DNA of 64,000 nucleotides, taken from Eledone cirrhosa (Eukaryota). The stretch is taken from contig CAXHJY010000105.1 of the NCBI GenBank assembly GCA_964016885.1, positions 558,001 through 622,000 of the forward strand, written 5' to 3'. A program made the translations under genes and the position numbers. The notes below the pieces were generated by a model, which saw nothing but the letters and a program-made list of their open reading frames with translations, did not search any database and was not told the origin of the DNA. Numbering within the stretch: the stretch's first letter is position 1; each line of letters opens with the position of its first letter. Shown in pieces: positions 63,181 through 64,000 of the stretch.

Positions 63181-64000
63181 CCCTTGACCTAATTAAGGAT
63201 ACAGAACCCTTGACCTAACATAAGGATACAGAACCCTTGATCTAACATAAGGATACAGAAGACTTGACCTAACATAACCATACAGAACACTTGACCTAAC
63301 ATAAGGATACAGAACACCTGACCTAACATAAGGATACAGATCACCGGACCTAACGAGCATACAGAACACCTGACCTAACATAAGGATACAGAACACCTGA
63401 CCTGACATAAGGATACAGAACACTTGACTTAACGTAAGGATACAGAACACTTGACCTAACGTAAGGATACAGAACACTTGACCTAACATAAGGATACAAA
63501 ACCCTTGACCTGATATAAGGATACAGAACACTTGACCTAACATAAGGATACAGAACACTTGACCTAACATAAGGATACAGAACACCTGACCTAACAAGGA
63601 TACAGAACACTTGACCTAACATAAGGATACAGAACACTTGACCTAACATAAGGATACAGAACACTTGACCTAACATAAGGATACAGAACCCTTGACCTAA
63701 CGTAAGGATACAGAACACTTGACCTAACATAAGGATACAAAACACTTGACCTAACATAGGGATACAGAACCCTTGACCTAACATAGGGATACAGAACACT
63801 TGACCTAACAAGGATACAGAACCCTTGACCTAACATAAGGATACAGAACCCTTGAGCTAACATAATGATACAGAACACTTGACCTAACATAAGGATACAG
63901 TACACTTGACCTAACGTAAGGATACAAAACACTTGACCTAACATAAGGATACAAAATACTTGACCTAACATAGGGATACAGAATCCTTGACCTAACATAG

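Larger units (their letters stand above)
1..64000. repeat. 27-bp tandem satellite array (consensus ACATAAGGATACAGAACACTTGACCTA), head-to-tail, running off both window ends
   Basis: Seen directly: the monomer or a close variant tiles every line from 1 to 64000. No inversion or non-repeat insert was seen. Every ORF translation has a 9-aa period. Confidence 0.99.

Noticed and set aside
292-63998. Numerous minus-strand ORFs as protein-coding genes
   Set aside because: They are translations of the 27-bp monomer in two overlapping frames. They have no unique termini or domains and are constantly frameshifted by 25/26/28/35-bp monomers.
1-64000. CRISPR array (repeat length in CRISPR range)
   Set aside because: The monomers are directly adjacent with no unique spacers, leader or cas genes.
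1-64000. Telomerase-synthesised long-unit telomere
   Set aside because: The many variants inherited in kilobase-scale duplicated blocks indicate recombinational or replicative amplification rather than copying from one RNA template. A subtelomeric location is not excluded.
1-64000. Embedded transposon, RNA gene, inversion or unique island
   Set aside because: None was seen on reading through. The two ORF-track gaps (49.7-50.5 and 56.8-57.6 kb) are 28-bp-rich satellite.

Overview
The whole 64 kb is one uninterrupted, single-orientation tandem satellite array of about 2,370 copies (64,000/27) of a 27-bp monomer, consensus ACATAAGGATACAGAACACTTGACCTA (37% GC, no CpG). I see no unique sequence, gene, RNA gene, mobile element or CRISPR array. 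All ORFs in the track are by-products of the monomer: it has a stop in all three + frames but leaves two - frames open (MLGQVFCIL and YPYVRSSVL), and 25/26/28/35-bp variant monomers switch between those two frames. The information lies in the order of monomer variants. It shows layered domains (~1-27.5, ~27.5-42.4, ~42.4-47.1 and ~47.1-63.2 kb) and nested higher-order repeats (about 81 bp, 138 bp, 214-216 bp, 1.5-2.8 kb, 4.4-5.6 kb and 7.2-8.6 kb). It also shows a recently expanded homogeneous tract, a probable single-monomer conversion event, possible CpG decay and an internal TTAGG-like pentamer structure. I cannot name the organism or satellite family and found no evidence of a new gene-encoded system. 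Offsets come from identical ORF translations and hand-located marker variants, so boundaries are approximate.
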